A stretch of DNA of 64,000 nt. It comes from Takakia lepidozioides (lineage: Eukaryota; Plantae; Bryophyta). Positions 50,903 to 61,976 of this stretch are shown piece by piece; position 1 is the first letter of the stretch, and every line of letters begins with the position of its first letter. The position numbers and the translations under genes are program-made. The notes beneath the pieces are model-generated. The model did no database searches and was not told the origin of the DNA. It was given only the letters and a program-made list of their open reading frames with translations. The DNA is taken from NCBI GenBank assembly GCA_030704615.1, contig CM060731.1, positions 84,258,001-84,322,000 of the forward strand, written 5' to 3'.

Positions 50903-51758
50903 CTTCCTTCCTCGAGTATGTTTGTACCTTGCTATCGCAGATCTAGTGTAAATCGGTTTACTGTTGTCTCCAGAACACAGTTGAAGAATGAGCAGAGCAT
51001 TATGGCGGAGGAAGCTCAGATAACGACTGTGCATATTCTGTTATTCATTCCAGATATGCAGCCGTCCATTTTAATTACTTTTCTTGTGGGCCCAGTGGTC
51101 AGAGAATCCATAGGGGCAGTGTCGGCAACTGTTAAACCGTTAATCAGAACCTCATCAATAAACCCAATAACAAAGCCGACTTCCTGGAAGCATGCCACAG
51201 GATCCGAGAATGGGATTGCAGATTAAGTAAATGTATCTATATACTACTACCAATGATCATGCGCACCTGGAAAGTTCCAAATGTGCAACGAATGTGGGGT
51301 TTGGATAACAAGGATGACCGTGTATGATATTCCAAAATTTGTCATCAAACTCTCGTTCATTTATATTTATTTGTTCAAGACTGCGCATCAATTTCTGGGA
51401 TTCGCTGTTCTTTTTAAATATTGAACCAGTTATAATTTAGAACACGCCGTTTGTTTTGGGCGGCACACGTCAGACATCCATAACTGAATACGAACAGCTG
51501 TACACCAATTGCTGGCATGTGCACTAATAACGAAACGACTATGTGTAACGGTCACGCGGGAGGGAATCCGATGCTTCTAGAGACACGCAAGAACACAGGC
51601 AATCCCGCAAGAAATCGGGAGTCACTGCGTTTTTTCTACTTTTCGCGCTTAGAGGGAGAGTGGTAGTCAAGCTGGAGAGGGTTCCTTCTAGAATACGAAA
51701 GAGAAGAAAGTCTCTTTATTTTACTTCCCTTAGAGAGAGACGCAGAGCAAGAGAGAAA

Positions 51759-54700
51759 ATGACGAGGCGTCGTTTGTTGGAGAACACAGGGCCAAGGCAG
51801 CAGGTGAACGCGGAGACTGATTCACAAGAGCAGACGGAGACTGAGGCAGCGGCTGCGACACAGCCGGCGATAAGAGTGCGCCAGCCTGTGGAGGCAGAGA
51901 TGAATCGCAGGGACACTGAAGAAGGTGGATGGAAGCACGCGGAACGCCGAACCTGAGAAGGTCAAGAAACCCTTGCGCAGACAGAAACTCCAGCAGATGT
52001 GAGAGGGAAGAGGAAAGCTGCAGAAGGGGATCAAAGTTCAAAACCTAAGAAGGGCCAGTAAGTTTTAAGTCATATAGTCTATGTGATTGCCTTTCAAGGA
52101 GTCCTTCCTCTTCCATTCTTTAGCAGGAACTACTGAATCGCGAGCGTCGTTAACGCCATTCGATTTGCTCATGAGATTTATGTACCTATGTGTTGAAGAG
52201 AGAGTCTGCACTTACTATTCTCCCTAAACTACACTGAATGTCGTTGCCGCCAATCAGTTGCACATATGTCATTACACAACACCGATCCGGCAGGTTGTTA
52301 TCTTTTGTGATTGTCGTTAACGCCGTTCGCTATCGCTCTCACTTTTGTTTTGAATACAGGCAGTCTCGGCTTGCATGTGTAGATTGTGCTGAATTCTTTC
52401 ACACCATTCATGGTGAGTTTCCTTGATACAGAGTGATTGTCGTTACGCCATTCAGTATTTGCAAATCACTTAGTCAGAACTGAATGGCATCGTGCAGAAA
52501 ACTGTGAGGTCGAAGCCCACAGGATCAGAGGGGAAAGGATCTGGAGATGGGGACGAGTCCGCAAAAAGCTCAGAGAATACAGATGAAGCCAGATGAATCC
52601 GAAGTGCACTACCTTGACAAGGTGAAAGAACTCATGTCATTCCAGAAGGTAAACTCTCAAGGAGGTTATAAGGGACATGCTCGTATCTGGAGGGCGTCTG
52701 GACATACCTCTGTGCCGGATGATATCAATGCCTGTTGTGCGTCCACCTCTTTCCCATGACATAACAAAATTGGAGAGTGATTTTGTGCATGGATATAGAC
52801 TTGGTGCACAAGTTTTTTATGTGTCACTGACGGATATAAAATGGGAAAAGCACATTAGTTTCTCCAGAGATCAGTGATAACTGGGATGAGTGCTGGAAAG
52901 ATGCCAATGAGGAGTTCGAGCTGGGCCTCATGATGGGAAAGAACACCAGCAATTTGCAACCACATGTTCTACGTCTGGGACGACAACCACCGATTGCTGG
53001 CATGGATGGGATACATTCAGAAACACCATTCGAAAGACAAAGACAAGCATGTTGCTGTGGAGGCAATGGTTTTGGATCCAGGAAACGACATCGCTAGGCT
53101 TCTTACAGCTATGCACGACGTGAACAAGTAAGTCATCCAGGAGATTGATTCCCTCTGTAGTGTCTTGTTGATCCTCAAAAAACAGTGTTAAGGAATGCAA
53201 TGTTTTCAATGTTTTTGCAGATCGACAGAGAAATCGCATGTGACAACAAGCTTGGTTCACACACTATTCCGAATCAGAGGATTGGTCTGATGAAGCTGGT
53301 GATTTTCGGACAGTACTACCACCCAATATCATCAAGAAGTGCGAAACAGAAGAGGCAGGCACTTGGTATTCTTTGACACGAGAGGCGTTTCTGGAGTACA
53401 TGTATGCGGTAAGCCCGAGTCTGTAATCTGTTTACTTTTCGAATACATGTTTAGAGTCCCTTCGGAGCTAATCACTACTTGAATGAATGCAGCAAGAACT
53501 GGCAGAGGCAGCTGAGAAGGGAAAATCCGAATATTACCGCACTACACCAGAGGAACTAAGGACATCAAAGGGTGTGGAAGCTGCAATAAAGAAGGAGTTT
53601 GAGATGCGAAGAACCAAATTGATGTCAGCCTTCGGAAAGCAGCTTAGAATAGTAGATCCTGGACTTGGTCCTGAGTTCCTTCAGCAGATCAAAACACACT
53701 ATGACAAGCATGTGCATCCGGAGATGCAGCAGGAGAAATTGCACCGGCTGGCCATATCGATGGTCGACCCACAAACAAAAATAAGGTGGCTGGAGATATG
53801 GAACTCAGATCAAACAGTAAAGGACTTGAATCAGTTCCCAAAGAGCACCATACAGCCTGGCACAAAGGTGGAAGGAATCAGTGATTTGGTGTTTGATAAC
53901 TGGCTCCACAAGGCTACATTTTGGAGTCAGGTGTGTATTCGAACATGCTGTTTCTTCTCTTCAAGTATGTGATGTGTTTCTTTTTTGCAATTCTGACAAA
54001 TATACTATTTGCAGCTCGAAAAGCGCGCCGTCATTGTGCTGGATCAGACTTTGAAGGACCTGAACATTGCGATTGTTTCCCCTCCCCAAATGTCATTGGA
54101 GGCATACATAAGGAAGTGGAGAGGTCTCACCTGGAGATACTTTTTTCCGGGAGTTCTCCAAAGATGGTAACATTTTACGGTCCAACGACTTTGACAGTCA
54201 GGTTGGAGGAGAGTGGGCCATGATGCGAGTTGTGTACAGGTGAAATGTCATACTTGAAACTCTACTGTTTTTTTGGGAAAAATTGTGGCTTCATATGGAT
54301 TGCAATCTTAGATCCAGATTGAATGTCGTTGACGACATTCACTTCTTTGTCTGAGTCATTCTTAAGCGAGTATATGAATTCACCTGGTTAGGATCTAAGG
54401 GTGCAATTATATTGTCCCTGATTAGAATTGATAATGTCCTTGAATGGCGTTGACGACATTCACATACGGAGTTGTTGTGTGGTCCTCAAGGTTATTTAAA
54501 TTTTTGTAATGTCCATAGAGGATACAATGAGGGTTGATCACTTCATTTTGCTGAATGTCAATGCAGACATTCAGTTGTTCTGCATTGTTTTTCCTCTTGC
54601 GATGAATATGGAGGCTTCATAAGCTCTGTTTTAAGAAATCCAAAGTGAATGTCGTTGACGACATTCACAGCTGTGTCTGTATTATTAAAAAACGACAAAT

Positions 54701-57284
54701 TCAATTTTCATGGATTGGGGAGCTAAGTAATTGGTTTCTTTTTTGTATTTTTGTGAATGGCGTTGACGCCATTCACATACAGTGATGTTGTGAGGTCCTC
54801 AGTGATAGGTTCGTTATGAATGTGCATTGAGTTTTCCTGGATGGTTCCTTACTCAATTTTTTTATTTCCATCCTGTGATTTTGCTTCATTTCAGTAATAA
54901 TTTGGCTTCATTCTTGAATGTCGTTGACGACATTCACTTCTATGTCTGTGTCATTTCTAATCGCTTATTTGCATTCACCTGGATTAGGATGTATTTACAG
55001 TGTCATGGAATGGAATGTTCTGAATGGCGTTGACGACATTCATATCTGGAGCAGTAGTGTGGTCCTGAAAGGTCCTTGGAGCAGTTGTCAGAGCCATTTC
55101 AATCCATGTTTTATTCTTTCTGTTCTACTTGCATCTTACTCACTGAGCGCTTTTGTGGGTTGGGATTCATCTCCTTTTTTCAGGTACACGAAATATGTGC
55201 TTATGGAAGGAAATCACCTGAGCGGAATTCCCGACTATCTTGACATGTGGTCGGACCCTGCAAACGATCCAACCATGTATACTGCAGGGATATTGAAGGA
55301 CTGGAGTCCTTCTCACTTCAGAGACTGTGGGTGGTACCTTGACTGCCCACCTGAGCACACGACCTTTCAAGAACAGCATATGAAATACTTGAACAATAAC
55401 GCTGAGATGCTGGCGCCTTTGACTGACGAAGAGTATCAACGAAACATAGCAACCTTGGCTGCCAAGGAGCCTGATGCTCAGGGAACGCCGCAGAAGGGAA
55501 AGAAGGCGGGCCGCGCAAACCAAAAGACAAGGCTGTTGATGTCATAGCCATCTCACCAGCAAAGCCAAAGGACAAAGACAAGTCCAAAGAGAAGGAAAAG
55601 GACAAGGGGAAGGAGAATGAAAAGGAGATGGAGAGTGGGCAGGACTTTAGTGCTGGAAGATATACCCGCACTCTTCAGTGCGTGTTCGATGCCAAGCCAC
55701 ACCCTTCCCGTTCTGATTCAGCAGGAGAGATGAAAATTGTTAAATGAGGGTTGGCTTTCGATGATGCAGAGTCGAAAGAGAGGATACACTGGGGTGCCAT
55801 CCCCTACCTGGGACAATATAATCTCATTCCTCAATCTGGTGAGAATTCCATTTTCTTTCCTTTTTCTCTGAATGTTTCGTTGGCAGTATTTCAGTCTCGT
55901 TCTTTGAAAACATTCTTGCCATCGTTCTTATAAAAAACATGTCTGTTGCAGGTGAGCACAGGTCCCACCTTCGTGTGCGGTGTGCAGAAAACTTATGCGG
56001 CCGACATTGTCATTCTCGACATCCCGGATGGCCAGGCTGTGCCAGAAGTTCTTCCAAAGGGCAAGACGCCAGGGTGGAACAAATTCGAGGACAACTACTG
56101 GAGTTGGGTATTCGGGTTCTGTAACAATTTCCTCTCTGATGCAGGGACACTTCTGCTTTTTCAGTCATGTGACAATGATAGTCGTCGGGCATTGGCATCA
56201 TACCTCAAGTCTTCAGGGTTTGAAGTTTTGCGCACATGGAATTGTGTGAACAGCCTCTACCTTGTGAAAGGGGGTTTCCCTGGTCAGCTGGTATGCCGTC
56301 TGCCTTCTGCTTATGCTTTGATCATGAGTTTCAATTTTCTCTGCAGCTCCACTCTAGTAGAATGTTTTATGATCGACACCGATCATCAACGATTCATGGT
56401 TTTTTGGTGTCAGAGTTCTGAATAGCCGATGTACACACTTCCACTTTAGATTGTGTTTACCACACTAACCTGCTATCTTTGGCAGACGAGGATGTTCGAG
56501 GCGATCTGCCTGCGGAGGATTCGCACATCAAAGACACCATCCTCCATCCGCAGCTTTGAGATTTCTGACCAGGGTTGTTTCGTCAACCCCCCCTATGAGC
56601 CCCATGTCGATGACATTTTGTACAACTTCATGCAGTCCAGTCAGACTCTGAAGAGACCAGATGGCACTCCCTGGAGAGGTGCAAAGGAAAAGTCACCAGC
56701 ATTCATGCAAATACTGCTGGAGTCATGCAGCCACCGCTCTGCACGGGTGGTCGATCTTTCTGTGTCCACAGGTTCGTTTTCTCCCTTCCGAATTGGTTTC
56801 CTTTCAACAGTTTCATCTGCTTAAATCCCCTCCTCCAAACTGTTTATGTTCTCCTGTCTGGTGCAGGAGCAACTTACCACGCATGCAAGGCAGGCGGAAG
56901 AAGCCTTTTTGGTATGGAGGGTGATTTTGACCTCTACAACACAGTGCTCCTCCCCTTTTGTCTGGCTCCACTTCAGGCACACAGACTGATCGGATTCATA
57001 TTCGAAATGATGACGATCCCGAAGATAAGCAGGTCGACAACGACTTTTCATGTGAGTAAGTGCTAAACCCTCTTTGGAGTCATACTCAATTTCTCGATAA
57101 CATCAAAGTTACAGTAATAACTTTTTCAGGCTGTCTTTCAGGAAAGCCAGCGGTGGATCTTCAGGAGATACAGTCATTTCTGGCGAGTCTGTTTTCGACA
57201 GCCCCCTTTCCAATTTTCTGCTCCCTGTTTATGCCGAAGCAATGGCACTTCACGCGTCCGAGTCCCTATCCCCTGACTTTTTAG
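51759..57284 (+). CDS. Multi-exon ParB/Srx-like + beta-class N6-A/N4-C DNA methyltransferase-like gene (disrupted in this copy)
   Basis: FYVWDDNHRLLAW at 52964-53005. Exons 55962-56290, 56486-56771 and 56867- splice in phase to ADIVILDIPDG..FLSDAGTLLLF..GFEVLRTW..EKSPAFMQILLESCSHRSARVVDLSVSTG/ATYHACKAGGRSLFGMEGDFDLY. Several frameshifts and a TGA near 55745. Gene ends are approximate. Confidence 0.72.
52142..52453. repeat. Four degenerate copies of the 20-bp palindrome in intron 1
   Basis: Copies at 52142, 52236, 52309 and 52435. Confidence 0.7.
54321..55041. repeat. Array of seven 20-bp palindromes GAATG(T/G)CGTTGACG(A/C)CATTC in an intron
   Basis: Copies at 54321, 54442, 54553 (variant), 54647, 54755, 54916 and 55022. 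Confidence 0.92.
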
Positions 57285-58454
57285 TGGCCAGCCGTAGGTG
57301 TATCCAGCGTGGATCCGGTGTTCTAAAATACTTAGACTTAGATGCAGAGGAAGAGGGGATACATTGTACTGACTCTGAGTCAGACTGAACTGTATTCTTT
57401 TAATATTCATTTTCATATTATCTGGAAAACGTTGAATCCCCTTACTCTACCGTAGTTGTTCCTTTAGAACAAATAATAATCACAGAATCAACTTTCGTTT
57501 AAATTGCTATATGTATGAATCCATCTCACAAACCTTCCTGACTCTTCTCATATCCATTGTGCATTCATCTACACTGTATTCATGCGTGCTCCATTCATGA
57601 AAGCTTCCTTTGTACAACATCCATTGTACATTCATCCTCTGTACTCTTTAATCCACCCCACAAACCTTCCACACTCATTTCATATACTTTGTGCATTCGT
57701 CAAAAGATTTGGTCATGCATCTTCCTGTCATGAATTTTTGTCATTGCTCAACATCCATTATACATTCATCCATTTTACTCTTATCCATCCGTCATTCATC
57801 CATCTACATAGATTTTTCAAACTCATCCATCTGTTTATCATCCAACTGTACATTCATCCATCATTTATTCAATGCCTTTTATTATGTCGTCCAGCTTGTT
57901 TCCGCGGTAAAGGGTGCCAATCCGCGGGAATACACTCCACTTCTTTCTGGGTGCGTGGTGACTCGGCCTCCACGTGTGATGACGTGGACTGAGCCCCGTG
58001 ACGTGGCATTTGCGCAAGGTGACGTGGCGTGAGCGCAGTCGCGCTCACGCGCTCACGTGACCAGGCTCACGCCGAGGCATCCCTGGGGAAGCCACGGGGC
58101 CTTGAAGGTAACCGATAGGCCGGTCGCTATACGAGTCACAACACTTCGAGCGTAGTCAACAATATATACTTCAACATTACAAGACAAGCAGCTGTATTCC
58201 CTATAATGCATTGGCTTAGTGGCCCTTGTGATATGGAGCTCTTATGTTGTAGATATTGTGAGATCTGTAGACGCATCCTTTGAAATTCTCTCTATTTGCC
58301 ACCTCACTCATGAGTCTACAACGTTTGTGAGGTTTGATGCTTGCTCTTTATGATCATGCTTGTTTTGGTAATGTGGATAGAATGTGACATAGGCACATTT
58401 CTTCCATTAAACAAATGTACCCCATGTTGTAGGGAGTATGCTGCTTGATCTGAG

Positions 58455-60128
58455 TCTTCGAGGGCGACCCTCAAAAGGGAATCAGCGTTGATGGGGACAT
58501 CAACCTTGGATCGTGGGGAGGAAAGCATGCTTAGCCCGCTAGCTAGCTCATGAATCATTGCAAAAACTTGTGTTTTACAACTTTGTTATAAACGAATGGT
58601 TTCCAAATGTTGGCCTCTTATTTTGTTTGGAATGGTGATGCATGGTAGTATGGTTGGAGCTAGCATGTAGAATGCATGCTAGCTTACAAAGGGGGAGAGG
58701 GATAAATAATGTGTGTTGGATATCTTGTGTGTTTGCGCTCCAGTGCCGAAATTGGGTGACTCCCATCCAAGGGGCAAGGAAACTTGCGTCTTCTTTGGGA
58801 GTTCACGTGCTAGTGTGCACCTGGCGCGTGCGCGTACTATAACTGCGCTACCGAGGGGGTTGCCTTGTAGTGCGGGTTAATGCGGAAGCTACGTGCTTCG
58901 TTCACGTACTATAATCGTGTAGCCTCGGGACAAAGTCGTAGTGCGGCTTCAGCGTGTTCCGTACCTCAGGCCAGCATTCCAAGGCGGACCAATTGTAGTG
59001 ATTGGGGCGCACGGTTGGTTCAAGGTTATCTTCCTAGTCAAAAAGGGTTAACCATGTGAACCCTTGCTCAAGGTGATGCCAAAAGCGGCATCATGAGCGG
59101 TCGCAAGCAATGTTGTTGCAGTAAGGCGATTCGATCCTCGGGGAGGATCGTTCCTTGGCCTTGAAGTAGGCCAAGAAGAGTGCATTGGGTGGAGCTTGAG
59201 AGGCTCCACCCTTGGCCGCGACTTGGAGGAAGTTGGCCGAACTAGCTAGTGGAGAGTAGAGTCAAGTGGGGGTTTGGTTCTTTGCCATGGGACGCCATGG
59301 TGCGGAAACAAACTCCTTGATGTGGGACGCCACAACTTGGATGTTCGTTTCTACAAAATGGACAAGTCGATGAGGACATCGACTCCATGTTGGTAGGGGT
59401 GTGTGTTGCGGCCCTTTGCCTTGAGGGCAGGGGGTTGAGACGCAGAGGGGTTGCCCCTGTGGTGGGGGCGGTGGCAGCAATAGGTACGGGGGGGCTGAAG
59501 CACCATTGAGTGCCCAAGGCACTCAAGGAGGTGGAGGCGCTCACTAGGTGGAGCCCCGCACACCGGGTTGCGGTGGGGGTGGCTCACAAAGGGTGGTGGT
59601 AGCTTAGTGGGACTTAGTGGGGGTGGCATAGAACTCACCATGGGGCGGAGACCTTGTGGTGGGAGTCGTGGGGAGTCTTGGGACTCACCATGGTCCAATG
59701 GGGCCGTGGTGGGTGGGCCAAGACTCACCGCGACTCATCACCGGAAATCGAGGGTCTTTGTGGTGGGTCGCCATAAAATGGCATGGCTGTTTGTGAAACC
59801 CCCGCGGATAGTTACAGAAGTATATATAGGGAGTAGTAACCCCAAGAACGGTGCAAGCCCGTTGGTGACCAAAAACTAGTGCGTAAGCGAGCGAGCCGGA
59901 AAGCGAACAAGGAGTGGGGAGCTATTCCGGACTGCCATCTACCAAAGGGAATTTCCTCTAGGCCCAAATTGGTGGAGGGTCTGTTGGGGGAGAAAAGGGG
60001 GACCGTTATGTTCTGGTGAGCAGCCGAAGCTCCGAGTTGGCCCGGCGGCCAGGTTGGGAGTTAGGCGTGCGCATCAAAGCGAGTAACTATGACTTGAAGG
60101 GGAGCTTACCAAAGTGAGGTGCGCGACA
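58455..60128 (+). mobile_element. Chromovirus 3' region and LTR (59404-60128)
   Basis: Homologous to the inverted copy at 61977-63610 and to the LTR at 43644-44369; PPT GGTAGGGGTGTG before 59404. Confidence 0.88.
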
Positions 60129-61850
60129 TTTTGCAAACATGTCTACCAGGGTATTGTTGAGAGGGAGATCTGGTACAATTCCAGCTCTGAGATGTCGCCA
60201 TGGACCTCTTTCCCCTTTTCCAGAGCTACCAGGGCAGTGTTCATAATGACGTTTGGTACAATTCCAGCTTTGACGATATCCCCATGCACCTCTTTGCCCT
60301 TCTCCAGGGCTGTCAGGCTTGCACAAACATTGCGAATGCACACAAACATGATGTGCTTCCCCCATCATTTGCTTATAGGTCTCCAAAGCCTCCATCCCAC
60401 GTCCCTACTGTGCATACCCTGCAAGCAACGCACTCCACGACACCACATCTCATAGGTCTCCAAAGCCTCCTTCCCACGTCCTTGCTGTGCATACCTTGCA
60501 AGCATCGCACTCCATGACACCACATCTCATTCAGCCATAGTGTCGAACACTCCCTTTGCATCCTCGATGCACCCACATTTTGCATACATGTCCACTAGGG
60601 CCGTGTTTAGAATGGCATTTGGTACAATTCCAGCTCTGACGATGTTGCCACATGGACATCTGGTACACTTCTAGCTTTGAAGATGTCACCATGGACCTCT
60701 TTTTCCCCTTTTACAGGGCTCCCATGCTTGCACACGCATTGCAAACACAAACAGTCGTGATGTGGTTCGGCTTCACCCCTTCGTGCATTATTCGCTCATC
60801 CAAAGCATCGTACCACATACATATCTGAATCTGCTGAGATGCTCCTTGGTTAAAGTCTGTAGAGCCTCTTTCAGTTGCCTACCTCACAAAGCATCTTCAC
60901 ATGCCCCAGAAGAGCCAGAAGAGGCATTATGGACTCCCTCTCTTTATCCTGTTTCAGAAGCCAACGAGCTAACTTACAGAATTCAGTATGCATCTCAGGG
61001 CCGAGCCTCCACCCCGCGCCCAAGTTGTGCAAATCCTGCGATCATGGCGTTAGAAGACACCACATCTCCTTCAGTCCATTGTCAAAACACTCCTTTGCAT
61101 CCTCGAGCACCCACAATTGGCATAATGTCCACGAGGGTATTGTTCAAATACAATTATCTGGTTTAATTCCTGCTTTGATGATGTCACATGGACCTCTCTG
61201 CCCTTTCTAGGGCTGCTAGGCTTGCACACGCAAATTTGCAGACACAAATAAAGGTGATGTGATTGGGCTTCACCCCTTCCCACCATTTTCTCATAGGTCT
61301 CCAAAGCCTCCATCCCGCACCTATATTGTGCATATCCTACAATCATTGCACTCCAAGACACCACATTCGTTCAGCCATAGGTCGAACACTCTTTTCATCC
61401 TCAATGCACCCACATTTAGCATACATGTCCACCAGGTACTATTAAGAATGACATCTGGTAAAAATTCCAGCTTGACAATGTCCCCAGGACTTTCTTGCCC
61501 TTATCCAGCGCTGCCAGGCTCGCACACACCTTGCAAACCTAACCTGGGGGTGATCTGGTCGGGCTTCACCTCTTCCCTCATCATTTGCTCATAGGTCTCC
61601 AAGCCTCAACCCGCGCCCCTGCATGTGCATAAGCTGTGATCATCACAGACCAAGACACCACATCTCATTCAGCCATATTGTCCAACACTCCCTTTGTATC
61701 CTCGATGCTCCCTCATTTTGCATACATGTTCATCAGAGCAGTGTCCAGAACAACATCTGGTACCTACGATTCCAGCTTCGACAATGTCAGCATGGACCTC
61801 TTTGCCCTTTTGTAGGGCTGCCTAGATCACACACGCATTGCAAATACAGT
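60129..61850 (-). pseudogene. Decayed PLS-class PPR gene
   Basis: VCASLTALEKGKEVHGDIVKAGIVPNVIMNTALV, LVDMFAKC and VSWSAMIVGYAQ; many frameshifts. Confidence 0.85.
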
Positions 61851-61976
61851 ACAGAAGGAAGGAGATGGACGCCAAGCAGGAGGATCTCGCTAATGGAGTG
61901 TCGCGTCACTTCGCTTCAAGAAGGAGTGACTTGAAATCTCTGCTAAGTCCTCGGCCCCCTCACGGCAACTTACAGG

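Larger units (their letters stand above)
46734..58085. mobile_element. Complete Mutator-like DNA transposon with two divergent genes (transposase; ParB-like/DNA methyltransferase)
   Basis: Direct repeat GGGAAGCCAC at 46724-46733 and 58086-58095. Imperfect TIRs align without gaps over the first 21 nt (CAACGACGCAATGGCGTGAGC vs CAGGGATGCCTCGGCGTGAGC, 15/21) and continue to about 55 bp. Confidence 0.85.

Noticed and set aside
54321-55041. CRISPR array
   Set aside because: Spacers are 75-140 bp and partly homologous to each other, there are no cas genes, and the context is a spliceosomal intron
57500-57880. CATTCATCC-rich tract
   Set aside because: Low-complexity sequence with no clear period; its ORFs are spurious
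58075-58085. hAT classification from the Ac-like CAGGGATG end
   Set aside because: No 8-bp TSD in that register, and the transposase has MULE/SWIM features with no hAT dimerisation domain
43644-60128. One intact chromovirus spanning the LTRs at 43644 and 59404
   Set aside because: The flanks (CGACC vs TTTTG) are not a TSD and the internal integrase fragment is in the opposite orientation
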